A stretch of DNA of 64,000 nt from Octopus sinensis (Eukaryota), in assembly GCF_006345805.1 (NCBI RefSeq), contig NC_043023.1, forward strand, positions 15,438,001 through 15,502,000, written 5' to 3'. Within the stretch, counting starts at the first letter, position 1, and each line of letters starts with the position of its first letter. Shown here piece by piece: positions 12,597 to 26,777 of the stretch. The position numbers were made by a program, and so were the translations under genes. The notes beneath the pieces were generated by a model that saw only the letters and a list, made by a program, of their open reading frames with translations, was not told the origin of the DNA and did not search any database.

Positions 12597-13546
12597 CACT
12601 GTAGTATCTGCAGTAAATTATTCCGTTTAAGAAAATATTTAATTAATTACAAGTCTGCTCATACTGGAGAGAAACTATGTGACTGTGATGTCTGCAGCAA
12701 ATCATTCTCTCAGGAATATGCTGTATATACTTATAAACGTATTCATACAGGAGAGAAACTCTATTGGTGTGATATCTGCGGTAAATCATTCTCTGTGGAA
12801 CAATATTGAACTCATCACAAATACATTCATACAGGAGAGAAATCATATCACTGTGACATCTGGGACAAGTCATTCTTTCATAGAGAGAAATAATAAACTA
12901 AACACAAACATATTCATACAGGAGAAGATTCTTATGACTGTGTAATCTGTGCTAAATCATTCTCTCAATAATCTACCTTAACTAAATATATACTTATTCA
13001 TATTGATCAATAACAATATCAATGATAAAACAGATGTCCTGCTGAATAAAATACAGCAAATGTATTACTTTTTACAAAATAAATTTATTTTTCACATTTT
13101 CCTCATTTGCATCAACTCACTAATTACGATTTGTGTTTTTTATTCAAACAATATTGATTATATTAATTTGCTCTGTTTTCTTGAGGATATATTATTTTGA
13201 CACAAATGTATTACACTCCAGTTCCCAGCCATGATCAGTTATCCTCTGCTGGACACACTCAGGGATCCCAGGATCTGCACCCTTTGTGCTACTGCCCACA
13301 TATTCTGGCACTAGCTGGAGGCTTATTGCTGTTTGTTACAGTTTTGGGTGTAGAGAGGGAAATATTTTTCAAGAGCCTAATGCCCCACTCTACCTATGGT
13401 TCAAGCACATCCCCGCTCAACCCATGCAAGTGATTATCATCATACTTATTTTTTGCTAAATCCTTCTGTAGAACAGGTTTTCATGGTCTTGTTCTTACCA
13501 GACACCAAGCAGGGATTTATGATGGGCATCTGGTTAGAATGGCACC
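12597..13546 (+). other. A-type 3' UTR: decayed finger repeats followed by a conserved AT-rich segment with AATAAA (~13045)
   Basis: Repeated at 5582-6531, 37059-37990, 51798-52748 and 55536-56485; a diverged homologue lies at ~62100-62480. Confidence 0.7.
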
Positions 13547-14555
13547 TGTTGTGATGAGAGTAGACTGGTCCGAGTAAAGTATAAATAGTAACAATCTGAG
13601 TGGGTTTGCGGTTCAGAGTCAAGTGAAGTTGGAAGGTGTCGCTTGGTTTACTTCCTAAGGAATATTGAATGTTGGTTCGTAAAAGATTTGTTAGTTCATT
13701 AGATTGTTGTTACAATTTTCTGGTTATCTTATTTATTGTACGGAACAATTATGTTACAACATCTGGCGATGAGGGTTTCGAAGCTCTTGCAGGTCAGTTA
13801 ACAAATTTTTGTGATACAAAATTGTTAAATCATGGAAGACTAATTAGCTTCTTTAAAACTGTTGCAAAATCAACAACAAAGGCAGCAACAACAACAATTA
13901 TTGGGGCTTTATTCAAAGAAGTCCAAAAATGAGGGAAGTACATTTTTGCCAGACGCCGTTTTGGACTCGATGAATCCAGTTATAACCCAGAGGACGGTAT
14001 AACTGTTGCATTGTACTACAGCAGGTAATTTTTAAGGAAGATTGTAAGACATGGTCAGACACTGAAAAAGTAAGGTTATTATGACATAAATGAGCCCCAT
14101 CTGAGTATGAACATTATTTTAATTTCACATTACCCAAAAAAACTCAATGAAATTTGTTTTAAAGAAACAATAGAATTACTGTCTAACATATTCGGTGATA
14201 AAACTTCTCTAACACTTGGATGGTGTTTTGGAATATAATGAAAAAAGAGGATGGTGATTTTATCACATACGCAGGAACAATTAACAGAAAGTGTGAATAT
14301 TTTTAAACTCAAAGAATTTACACCTGAGATGTTCAGGTGTCTTCTTTTGGTAAAAGGCCTTACAACAACTGAATATACAGAAATTCACACTGCAGAACTA
14401 AATTCTGAAGATCAACCATTAAAGATCCTAGAGGGCTCTCAACAGAAACAAAATTCGACTCCCAAATGTGGAAATTTGTACACGTAAAAATGATTGGAAT
14501 ACATATTAAACTTCAGTTCGATACTGGATGTGATATTTCAATAATAAAAATGGAT
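13547..14555 (+). mobile_element. Ty3/Gypsy LTR retrotransposon relic: LTR 13547-13761, PBS, gag, aspartic protease
   Basis: LTR TGTTGTGA...TTACAACA with TATAAATA, followed by the PBS TGGCGATGAG. Broken frames read SSYNPEDGIT...IFKEDCKTWSDTEKVRLL...ICFKETIELLSNIFGDKTSL...DFITYAGTIN...FKLKEFTPEMFRCLLLVKGL (K02A2.6-like gag), then KLQFDTGCDISII (protease DTG). Confidence 0.85.
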
Positions 14556-14556
14556 A

Positions 14557-14921
14557 CATGTTTCAGGCATTTGACAATGGCCATGCTGGAGCAGTGCCTT
14601 TAGTCGAGCAAATAAACCCAGGACTTGTTCTTTGTAAGCCTAGTACTTATTCTATTTTTCTCTTTTGCCAAACTGCTATGTGACGGGGGTGTAAACACAC
14701 CAGCATCGGTTGTCAAGCAATGTTTGGGGGATAAACATATACACACACACACATTATACGATGGGCTTCTTTCAGTTTCCGTCTACCAAATCCACTTACA
14801 AGGCTTTGGTCGGCCCGAGGCTATAGTAGAAGACACTTGTCCAAAGTGCTACACAGCGAGACTGAACCTGGGACCATGTGGTTGGTAAGCAAGCTACTTA
14901 CCACACAGCCACTCCTACGCC
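14557..14921 (-). mobile_element. tRNA-head SINE, family S2
   Basis: Minus strand starts ggcgtaggagTGGCTGTGTGGtaag...GGTTCAGTC (A/B boxes) and contains an (AC/AT)n tract. Copies at 27343, 35403, 50762, 57925 and 58320. Confidence 0.8.
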
Positions 14922-15957
14922 TATATGTACACATTACACAAGATATTGTTTGCTTTTTTCTCTGTTGTCTGTATTAAAGAAATATTTTCAAATTATTTCA
15001 CTTTAATAGAATTTATTATTTCTTTAGCTTGTATTAAATAATTTTGACCTCATAACTCATTAAAATAATTGCATTATCTTTTTAACTTATCTCTCTGCTT
15101 TTACATATTATGTTGGGTGTGTAGGCATGTATAAATATATATATAGAGAGAGATTTTAAAAGTGTCCCATATATATGGTTTTCTAATTTGGCAACCCTAT
15201 CCAAACGTGTCCCTTATGAGCCTATACAATTGATGATACAGCATAGAATTCACACTTGATCAATGTTTGATAAGTTACACATTTCTCCAAACTGATCTAT
15301 AATAAATGTTTGTTTTGAAGTTATATAATTTGTTGATATTACTTAATATACAAAATACTTGGTGTTAGATGCTAAGATACAGTGATGAGAGATAAACGAA
15401 GGGATAAGTTTGTTCATTAAATGCTAATGATGGTGGTTATCTAGTGAATATGCGATGGAGCCATTGAGTAGATGGTAACCATGTGAGAGAAGGAGTGTGA
15501 AGGAAATATATTTCCCAGTCACTGATGAAATGTTAAAATAAGACAATGGTAGGAAATTCTCAAGAGAGCTGAACAGCGGAAGGTCTTCGGAGAGGAAACC
15601 CTACTCAGGCAAGATCCAGAGGTCATGCGTTGACATATAAGGTTAATTGAAGGAAAAGCTTGTAACATCAGATGAACATATTTTGCAACCACGTCTCAAA
15701 GCAAAATAAGGCGAACACATGACCTGAGTCAATGCATGTCTAGGAGTCAGGAGTCAACGCAAGGGTGGCACAAAATTAGAATGTTCTGCTTTATATTAGG
15801 GATAAACCAGAAGTCCCTGACTGCTATGTCATCTGGAAGTTTATAGGAAGCTTCTAAAATATTCAAGAAGGTCGAGGGAGATTACTCTTGTTAAATCCCA
15901 TTTTCATTTTGCTTTCCTGTCTGACCGCCAGGGGTCACTCAGGTTTTAGTTATACAA

Positions 15958-16146
15958 GGCGGTGAGCTGGCAGAAATGTTAGCACGCTGGGCGAAATGCG
16001 TAGCCGTATTTCGTCTGCCGTGATCTTCTGAGTTCAAATTCCGCCGAGGTCGACTTTGCTCTTCATCTTTTCGGGGTCGATATAACGGACTTAACCCGTG
16101 CGTCTGTCCTTTGGGTGTTTAGCCCCTTGTGGGTTATAAAGAAATA
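15958..16146 (+). mobile_element. tRNA-head SINE, family S1
   Basis: ggcggtgagctggcag...GAGTTCAAATTCC B-box. Tail gccccttgtgggttataaagaaata. Confidence 0.8.
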
Positions 16147-16469
16147 AGTTATGCAAGATTCCCTTGATTGTGTCAAGAATGATGAAAATTTGTGTGGGCC
16201 TCTGAGCAGATATTGCCCTGAGTTTGGCAAAATCTGATGCAGATTCTCTGCTAAACTTTCTCTATCATGCTCAATGTGACAATCACACACTACACACCTT
16301 CCTTCCAAGCATTGCTGCAAACAGCAGAAGAGAGCTAAAATGTTAACACTTAGTGTGAATGCACAGCAGAGTTTAGAGTCAATCTTTCCCAAGTGGCTTC
16401 ACTCTATGTATCTTAGCTTCGTTGCTATAGCAACAGTCTGCATGTATGTACGTATATATGTATGCCATT

Positions 16470-16990
16470 GTTCAGTTTTATTTCTTCAATTTCAAGCAAT
16501 CAATGACGTCTATTGAGGTGAAAACATTCTGTGCCGTATGAACATGTCCCTCTTTTAAGAAACAGATTGGGTTTATTTACATTTGTGAAAAAAAAAATAC
16601 CCTTCTCTCACCCCTAACCCTAAAAGAGATTGAAATGCAATAGATTGATACTAGGGTCATAATGGGTGACCATTTCATATGACACCGCTAGAAAAACTGC
16701 CGTTCAAACCGAAAAGATCCAATACATTTCTAAATATCTCAGAGATTTATGCAGTAGTGGTACAATAAAGATACCCTTCCCCCACCCCTAACCCTAACTC
16801 TAACCAAACCTAACCCTAAAATAGATTGAAATGCAAAGATCGATACTAGGGTTATAATTATTGGTGACATTTTCATTTGACACCATTAGAAAAAAATCCC
16901 ATTTTCTGTAAAAATGATGTTTTATAAACACATTCTACCAGTATACGAAGTTTAAAAGTGTTTAGTTAACTAGAAATTGTGTTGACAGAT
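16470..16990. mobile_element. Nested and truncated GGATC-TIR MITE pieces with CCCTAA tracts
   Basis: TIR end ctgccgttcaaaccgaaaagatcc at ~16720; shares terminal sequence with 60564-61347. Confidence 0.7.
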
Positions 16991-17313
16991 CAGCGCAAAC
17001 TTGTACGAAGTACAGACATCTGCGTGTTAATATACATCTCAGGAAAAACAGGCTTCTCATATTCAATAAGATTGGTGGCACCCTGGTAGTACATATCATT
17101 GTGGAAAACGTAAAACCACCTATAATTGTTATATATATATTAATTACCAGAGTGACCCACGACTTGACTGGTTACAGGCGCTGAGTACTATTTACGAAAA
17201 GTGGTCCCGCTGCACACCATCGCGCTAGCTAGTTGTGACTAGTCAATCCTACAACTACCTGGCGCGAGTGCACGTATGCAAATTAATAGATGCACGCATG
17301 TGCAAAGCACGTA

Positions 17314-17770
17314 CTGTAAATCCTCGAGTATAATCCACATTTTTTCCCAAAAAATTTAAAGGTCAAATCCCAGGTACGGATTATACACGAGGTTAAAAAT
17401 GAAAATATTTTCTAAGCAATGTCCAAGTCTCTATTTGCTGTCCGGCAATGTTTATTCAGACACATTTTGTGATGTCGGGTGTGAAAATACCCTAAGCTAA
17501 TCCTGAAAGTAATGAAGTCATAAAAGAATCAACCATGACTTGCAGTAAGTAACATTTATTAAACATTATTGCTGTTATTTCTTTATTTTCTGCAAACAAA
17601 AATGCACAAAAAAGCTACACGTTTGCATTATATTATATATACAATAATAATAAAGGATGTTATACAGACCTCCTTCACTCAGGGTAGAGAAGGGGTGCGT
17701 ATTATACACAAGGTTTAGGTTTTACTGTTATTTCTTTATTTTCAAAATGCACAAAAAAGCACAAAAAGAA
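17314..17770. mobile_element. Tc1/pogo-like MITE, truncated by the adjacent GGATC MITE
   Basis: TA|CTGTAAATCCTCGAGTATAATCC terminus. Complete TA-flanked copies at 32202-32713 and 46519-47001. Confidence 0.65.
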
Positions 17771-17775
17771 ATACC

Positions 17776-18427
17776 AGATCTTTTCCTTTTGAACGGCAGT
17801 TTTCAACACAATTTTTAGTTAACTAAACACTTTTAAACTTCGTATACTGGTAGAATGTGTCAAAAAACATTTTTTTCTCTTGGCTTTCTTGAGAAAATTG
17901 TAATTTGTAAGTTTAATGTAGTTTAATTTTTAGAATTTTAACCAATCAATGGCCTCTATTGAGCTAAAATCATTTGCTGCGTCCAAAACTGAGACAACAT
18001 CACCCTAACCCTAAATTCTAGCCTTTCCTTTTTTTTTTTCTCAAATGTTAAATTAATTTAAGGATAACAATTACGAAAAAAAAAAACTCAACAAAAACAA
18101 AATGAATAATTTTAGACACACGCGAAACGATTAAATTAATTTAACAATTAAGAAAAAAAAAATGAAAGGCACAAATTTAAGGTTAGGGTTAGTGACAGGA
18201 TGTTGCCTCAGTTTTAGACGCAGCAAATAATTTTAGCTCAATAGAGGGCATAGGATTGGTTAAAATTCGAAAAATTAAACTACATTAAACGAACAAATTA
18301 CAATTTTCTCAAGAAAGCCAAAAGAAAAAAATGTTTATTTTGATACATTCTACCAGTATACGAAGTTTTAAAGTGTTTAGTTAACTAGAAATTGTGTTGA
18401 AAACTGCCGTTCAAAAGGAAAAGATTC
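17776..18427. mobile_element. GGATC-TIR MITE abutting the ZNF 3' end; no TSD
   Basis: ~250-bp TIRs (agatcttttcc...ggaaaagattc). The flanks are not direct repeats. Confidence 0.85.
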
Positions 18428-18460
18428 GACTTAGAATGATTTACTGCAGATATTACAGTG

Positions 18461-19918
18461 CTATGGTTTCTCTCCTGTATGAATGTTTTTATGAGAGGTT
18501 AAAGAGCGCAAGCAAGACAATGATTTACCACAAATATCACACTCATACAGTTTCTCTCCTGTATGAATGGATTTGTGATAAGTAAGGCTATGCTTCCGGG
18601 AGAATGATTTACCACAAATACGACATTGATATGGTTTCTCTCCTGTATGAATGTGTTTGTGAAAATCAGGGTGACTTTTTTGAGAGAATGATTTACCACA
18701 AATACGACATTGATATGGTTTCTCTCTTGTATGAATGAATTTGTGATTAGTAAGGTGAATTTTTTGAGAGAATGATTTACCACAAATATCACACTGATAT
18801 AGTTTCTCACCTGTATGAATGGATTTGTGAGAATTAAGGTTACTTTTTTGAGGGAATGATTTACCACAAATATGACACTGATTTGGTTTCTCACCTGTGT
18901 GAATGTATTTGTGATAAGTAAGGCTACTCTTATGGGAGAATGAGTTACCACAAATATCACAGTGATATGGTTTCTCTCCTGTATGACTGTATTTGTCTTT
19001 AGTTAAGTCACCTAACTGGGAGAATGATATAACACAAATATCACAGGGATGTGGTTTCTCCCCTGTATGAATGTATTTGTGATAGGTAAGGCTCTGCTTA
19101 TGGGAAAATGATTTACCACAAATACGACATTCATATGGTTTCTCACCTGTATGAATGAATTTGTGAGTAGTTAAATTATATTTTAATGCAAAATATTTAC
19201 CACAGATGTCACAGTGATAAGGTTTCTCTCCTGTATGAATGGATTTGTGAGAGGTAAGGCTACTGATATGAGAGAATGATTTACCACAAATATCACACTG
19301 ATATGGTTTCTCACCTGTATGACTGTATTTGTGTCTAGTTAGGTCACCTAACTGGGAGAATGATATACCACATATATAACAGGGATGTGGTTTCTTCCCT
19401 GTATGACTGACTTTGTGATAAGTAAGGCTATGCTTATAGGGGAATGATTTACCACAAATATCACAGTGATATGGTTTCTCACCTGTATGAATGAATTTGT
19501 GATTAGTAAGGTGAATTTTTTGAGAGAATGTTTTACCACAAATATCACACTGATATGGTTTCTCACCTGTATGAATGAATTTGTGAGTAGTTAAATTATA
19601 TTTTAATGCAAAAGATTTACCACAGATGTCACAGTGATATGGTTTCTCTCCTGTATGAGTGGATTTGTGTCTAGTAAGGTGACTTTTATCAGAGAATGAT
19701 TTACCACAAATATCACAGTGATATGGTTTCTCACCTGTATGACTGTATTTGTGAGAGGTAAGGTTACTTTTCTGAGAGAATGATTTACCACAGACATCAC
19801 AGTGATATGGCTTCCTACCTGCATGAATGAATTTGTGAACAGTGAGATTTCCCTTACTAGAAAAAGTCTTTTTACAGATATCACATTGGTATGATAATTT
19901 TTCTCTTTCTTTTGTCAT
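18461..19918 (-). CDS. B-type C2H2 ZNF, ~485 aa, 17 fingers (1 with His to Asp)
   Basis: Intact ORF. The paralogous first ATG is mutated to TTG, so the likely start is MTKERE at 19918. Acceptor at 20264. Confidence 0.92.
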   Translation of the reverse strand: MTKEREKLSYQCDICKKTFSSKGNLTVHKFIHAGRKPYHCDVCGKSFSQKSNLTSHKYSHTGEKPYHCDICGKSFSDKSHLTRHKSTHTGEKPYHCDICGKSFALKYNLTTHKFIHTGEKPYQCDICGKTFSQKIHLTNHKFIHTGEKPYHCDICGKSFPYKHSLTYHKVSHTGKKPHPCYICGISFSQLGDLTRHKYSHTGEKPYQCDICGKSFSHISSLTSHKSIHTGEKPYHCDICGKYFALKYNLTTHKFIHTGEKPYECRICGKSFSHKQSLTYHKYIHTGEKPHPCDICVISFSQLGDLTKDKYSHTGEKPYHCDICGNSFSHKSSLTYHKYIHTGEKPNQCHICGKSFPQKSNLNSHKSIHTGEKLYQCDICGKSFSQKIHLTNHKFIHTREKPYQCRICGKSFSQKSHPDFHKHIHTGEKPYQCRICGKSFSRKHSLTYHKSIHTGEKLYECDICGKSLSCLRSLTSHKNIHTGEKP

Positions 19919-21357
19919 CTCGTGAGGATTCAATATTGTTCTATAGTATACAAGCACAACATATAATTTTGCTTCCTTTTTTATATATTTCTATTGCTTA
20001 TATTTCCAGCAGTTCCGATCTTCATCAATATCTGAAGATGATACAAACACCTTTGCAGCAGATATCTCCCGCTCCAAACAGAATGTGAAAGACATTAGCA
20101 AATATTCCAGGCAATGATGGAAACAAATGTTGCCATTAATTCAGAAGAAATATCTCACAGTTTTCCACCATAGACAAATCGTATAAACAGAGTTATGTCA
20201 AATATTTATAACATCTTCCATTAGATGATCAATATTCATGAAGTATCACTAACATTTCACCTCCTGAAATGACACAGAAACAGAAGAAGATATAGGAAAG
20301 ACTTAAAAAGCAGAGATTCAACTATTAAAAAGAATATAACTACATCTTCATAATGTTAAACTGTGGATATTATCCTTTAATTTGTCTTTGAAATTTATTT
20401 ATGGTAATTTATAATATGGTAACCCTTTTGTTACCATATTTCTTTTGAGATTCAGTGTGTTTCTTTCAATTATTTTAAATATAATAAAGAACTTAGTAAA
20501 CTAACTTAGTTATCATTCAACTAGTGTTAGGAACATAAATTGTAACTAAGGTTCGGTGGAAGATTTTAATTCAAAACTTATGAAAACAAGACATTTTACC
20601 ACAGAGCCAGAGCCAGTTTTGGCCGGGTTAGTAACAAAAGGGTGTGGTCTTTGAAATTTATTTTGTTATTAAAATTATATGATACAAACTTGTATAATGT
20701 CTACATATACACAGACTTCAGTTCCTCTTCCTTCAGATATTATGTAAAACATTATCCCTTTAGTGTTCAGATTATTCTGTTAAATGTAATTCTTTTTCAC
20801 TCAAATTGTTTTGAATTAATCATGCATTATCTTATGGCTTTGAGGTTTCAATGATGTGATTGTTTATTTCTAGAATGTCAATGTAGGTTAGGTGTGAGAG
20901 GCCAGTTTGAATATAAAACATGTAGAATATCTGGGCCTGATATGGCTGGTTTAAACAATAAAGGGTTCAACTCTAGGATATTGGACAATAATATGATAAG
21001 TGACTACTGTTTAACCCTAGGTTATCCCTGACTGAGCACATCTATTATTAATGAAATTAGGTAATATTCATGATTGTAACAACTTCTGTAACAGATCAAA
21101 CATAAACTAGAATTTAGTGAACCAACCCATCATGACTTTTCCTCTTGTAACTTTATTAATAATAAAAACAAACTGCACTCACATATGTTGAAGGTGTGGT
21201 CACTAATTTCGAGAAAGTGTTCTGTGAATTGACGTATGAAGAGTAGAGCCAGGACAGAATGGCGATCCTTCGGTATAGGTACACACGTGACTTTGTTTAC
21301 ATTTCTGAACCCTAACAGAAACCCTTTTCTCCCACCCCTAACCCTAACAGAAACACT

Positions 21358-21632
21358 CATCACCATCATTGTTCGTCCGTGGTCGAGACAATGGAATTTA
21401 CAATGCTACGCCAGACTTCACAGTCCATCATGGCATTACGTAGGTACTGTTGCTCGATGCCTGTATCCCTGGAGATTACATCAGGGTAGGAGAGTGTGCG
21501 CCCTCTGGTATTGCGAGTAGATGGCTTCCAGAGGAGGAGAGTAGAAATTACCTCTTTTTCAGCTCTACAACAATGTCCAGCACACTGGACTCTCCTACCT
21601 TTCACAAGAGATGACACAGGTGGTAGTTTCCC
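21358..21632 (-). mobile_element. 5'-truncated RTE-type LINE 3' end
   Basis: RRVQCAGHCCRAEKEVISTLLLWKP...YPDVISRDTG...NAMMDCEVWRSIV followed by a (GAT)-like tail. Absent from the paralogous sites at ~9130 and ~42090. Confidence 0.75.
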
Positions 21633-21786
21633 ATATATTTGCATTTACAGAAACCCTAACCCCCCCCCCCCCACTATAAAAAAAAACTTTTTTGAAATGT
21701 ATCCAGTACTTCCGGAAGTACACCGGTACTTATACCGTAAGATCGCCTTTCTTTTTAAAACAAAGTAAATAAAACACAAACACACA

Positions 21787-22401
21787 GGTACTCCTAGCGA
21801 AGACTGGACCCGGTACGCGCTAGCTAGTCGTAAGTAGTCGATCCTACAACGACTTGCGCGTATGCAAATGACTGGACTCTCGAAGGAAGGTGAGGCATGT
21901 TTTCACTGTACGGTTGCAGTAGTAAAAGAATGCATGTGGAGAACAAGAATGGAAGGAGCCGCGATAGGAACCTTTGTCTCCGGCCCCGGCTTGCTCACTT
22001 ACTTCAGATATCATCTGAGGAGCAAAATGGGGCTGGTGAAGAGGAGCTTACCACGGGGAGTGTATGAGAAAAGATGGAAGGAAGTGGAAAGAAAGGTGGG
22101 TGTTAGAAACCCAGCTTAACTATGGAGGGAGGAGAGGAAATAAAAGCTGCGGGGCTTGTAAATTGCCGGGGTTTGAACTGTGATAAGATGCGACTGGTTA
22201 TACAAAGGACAATTTAGAGACGAATTTTTAATATAAATGTTATAAAAAAAAATTTTTTTTAAAGCGAACCTCTTAATTATTTGTTTTACATGTTTGTTTT
22301 GTAATTGTAATTCTATGTGTAAGATTATATAATCATAATAAAGAAATTACGACTAACGAGCGCGAGTGCGCACACCGGGACCACTCTTCTAGAGTAGTAC
22401 C
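21787..22401. mobile_element. GGTACT-type (Merlin-like) MITE carrying a LINE fragment
   Basis: Imperfect TIRs ggtactcctagcgaagactggacccggt...accgggaccactcttctagagtagtacc. Confidence 0.65.
21870..22348 (+). mobile_element. L1/Tx1 ORF2 C-terminus plus 3' UTR
   Basis: LSKEGEACFHCTVAVVKECMWRTR...LLTYFRYHLRSK...YEKRWKEV resembles the Tx1-type ORF2 end. Terminates in taATAAAgaaatt. Confidence 0.65.
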
Positions 22402-22828
22402 CATCGCCAGTATATGACATTTGCCGATTCTGTCTACAAAAGGCTGTATCTGCTTTTTATCATAGTGCTATCACTGGCCACATGTTTCAGTTAGCTATTG
22501 ATGTTTTATGATGTTGCAGATTATTTATTCTGAGAAGCTGAAATGGACAGAATTATTAACGTGTATCATTTTGACAGAATAAACAGCAAATACAGATGTT
22601 TAGCAAATGATACATCTGTGATAAAACAACAAACAGCTTTGAATGGACACAACCAGCAAATGGATTATCTACCAAAATAATTGAAATTAAAAACCAGGTG
22701 CTTCACTGGACAATAGAATTAATATCGATTTCAGACTACTATTATTTAAAACTATCGATACTGTCTGGATTTTCCAATTAGCCAGATACATAGGCTTTTA
22801 CTAAAAAGAAAATATGTATTACAACCTA

Positions 22829-22950
22829 CCTCTGATGATAATTTAGTCGCTGTTTTATAAGAAATATTTTTAATTACACGCTCGGACGAGAGGGAAGTAT
22901 TACTGGAAGACACATAGAAAAGCTGACACGGTATGTCAACGAAACGAAAA
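22829..22950 (-). promoter_or_regulatory. Exon 1/promoter of the 18461 gene; donor GAG|GTAGGT
   Basis: Homologue of the other exon-1 copies; carries the CGTTTCGTTGAC motif. Confidence 0.55.
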
Positions 22951-23700
22951 ACCCTAAATGTCTATTGTTAAAATGGATCGGCTTGATTATCTGTGTAATT
23001 TCTTTATCATATAAAATAATATAAGATTAAATTTTTCTTATTTGTGTAATTCCTTGCAAACATAAGGACACAGGAAATCTTCCACCAAACCTTAGTTACA
23101 ATTTATGTTCCTAACACTAGGTGAATGATAATTAAGTTAGTTTACTAAATTGTTTATTATATTTAAAATAATTGAAAGAAACACACTGAATCTCAAAAGA
23201 AATATGGTAACAAAAGGGTTACCATATTATAAATTACCATAAATAAATTTCAAAGACAAATTAAAGGATTATATCCACAGTTTATCATTATGAAGATGTA
23301 ATTATATTTTTTTTATATTTGAATTTCTGCTTTTTGAGACTTTCCTATATCTTCTGTTTCTGTGTCATTTCAGGAGGTGAAATGTTAGTGATACTTCATG
23401 AATATTGATCATCTAATGGAAGATGTTATAAATATTTGACATAACTCTGTTTATACGATTTGTCTATGGTGGAAAACTGTGAAATATTTCTTCTGAATTA
23501 ATGGCAACATTTGTTTCCATCATTGCCTGGAATATTTGCTAAAGTATTTCACATTCTGTTTGGAGCGGGAGATATCTGCAAAGGTGTTTGTATCATCTTC
23601 AGATATTGATGAAGATCAGAACTGCTGGAAATATAAGCAATAGAAATATATAAAAAAGGAAGCAAAATTATATTTTGTGCTTGTATACTATAGAACAATA

Positions 23701-25323
<1,623 letters not shown>

Positions 25324-25356
25324 CACTGTAATATCTGCAGTAAATTACACTAAGTC

Positions 25357-26416
25357 AGATCTTTTCCTTTTGAAAGGCAGTTTTTAACAATATTTCTAGT
25401 TAACCAAACACTTTAAATCTTCGTATACTGGTAGAATGTATCAAAATAAAACATATTTTTCTCTTGGCTTTCCTGAGTAAATTGTAATTTGTAAGTTTAA
25501 CGTAGTTTATTTTTTGAATTTTAAACAATCCTATGCCCTCTATTGAGCTAAAATTATTTGCTGCGTCTAAAACTGAGACAACATCACCCTAACCCTAACC
25601 CTAAATTTTAGCCTTTTGTTTTTTTCTTTTATTGTTATCCTTAAATTAATTTAAGGATAACAATTAAGAAAAAAAAACGAAAAGCTAAAATGAAAGCAAA
25701 AACTCAACCAATACAAAACGGTTAGGGAAGGGTATCTTCTTTTCTTCGCAAATGTAAATAAACCCAATAAACATATTCATGCAGCACGGTATGATTTGAC
25801 TCCAAATGGACGTATTTGATTGGTAAAAATTGCCGAGATGCTCGATTTTAAAGTGGAAATGGGTTGACCGTAATCAGAATTCAATGTTGCATCGATAAAC
25901 CAAAATTGAAAACGATCTAAGCAAAATTAATGATGGGGAGGGATCATTTTGCAAATGAGAAAGACTATACCAAAACATTTTAAATCTAGTAGCTATATCA
26001 TCCGACTCTTTTGCTGCAGAACAAGGATCTTTTCTGTTTGACCGGCAGTCTTTTAAAATAATTTCCATGTAACTAAACACTTTTAAACTTCGTATACTGG
26101 TAGAATGTCTTTATAAAACATCTTTTTCTCTTGGCTTTATTGAGAAAATTCTATAGTTTGTAAGATATTTGTTGTTTTTTATTTCTGCAATTTCAACCAA
26201 TCAATGACGTCTATTGAGGTGAAAACATTCTGTGCCGTATGAATATGTCCCTCGTTTAAGAAACAGATTGGGTTTATTTACATTTGTGAAAAAAAAAAGA
26301 TACCCCTAACCCTAAAACAGATTGAAATGCAATAGATTGATACTAGGGCCATAACTATGGGTGACAATTTCATATGATACCGCTAGAAAAAACTGCCGTT
26401 CAAACGGAAAAGATCC
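25357..26416. mobile_element. GGATC-TIR MITE fragments (25357-~25720 one-ended; 26025-26416 two-ended without TSD)
   Basis: Terminal agatcttttcc, and ggatcttttc...gaaaagatcc. Confidence 0.75.
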
Positions 26417-26649
26417 GATGGGAGTAAGACACGTGCCTGTTCCCCACACCCACCACTATCTGACAAGTCGTGTTGCTTTCTTTGACATTGTGGTTCGGTA
26501 CACGGAGGATGTAAAAGTAGCAATAAAAATGTCAGCTTCTAGCTTTGTATCATTTGTTATTATTTGCATTTTTTCTTACAATTCACATTTTCAAAAATTT
26601 ACCACTTTACTTTTAGCATCAGACAAAAGTGTTATTAATACGGGAAGCA

Positions 26650-26777
26650 CAACAACCGGATTCCTGATTCGTTTATTTGACGTTCCGTGTAGGCTTTTCG
26701 ATGTGTCTTTTTCGCTAGATCGCTTATTTGTGTTATTAAAAATATTATAAAACACCGACTAATATATTATAAGAGGT
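26650..26777 (+). promoter_or_regulatory. Exon 1/promoter of the 29599 gene; donor GAG|GTAAGA at 26776
   Basis: Diverged homologue of the other exon-1 copies, followed by homologous intron-1 sequence. Confidence 0.55.

Noticed and set aside
13003-13932. Recurrent short ORFs (MINNNIND, MTQMYYTP, MLVRKRF) conserved in 4-5 copies
   Set aside because: Their conservation reflects recent segmental duplication of the 3' UTR and Gypsy LTR/leader. Starts are non-ATG or weak and no domain is recognisable.
15958-16050. tRNA-like A/B boxes (also in S2 heads)
   Set aside because: SINE heads, not tRNA genes: no complete cloverleaf, and each is followed by a SINE body.
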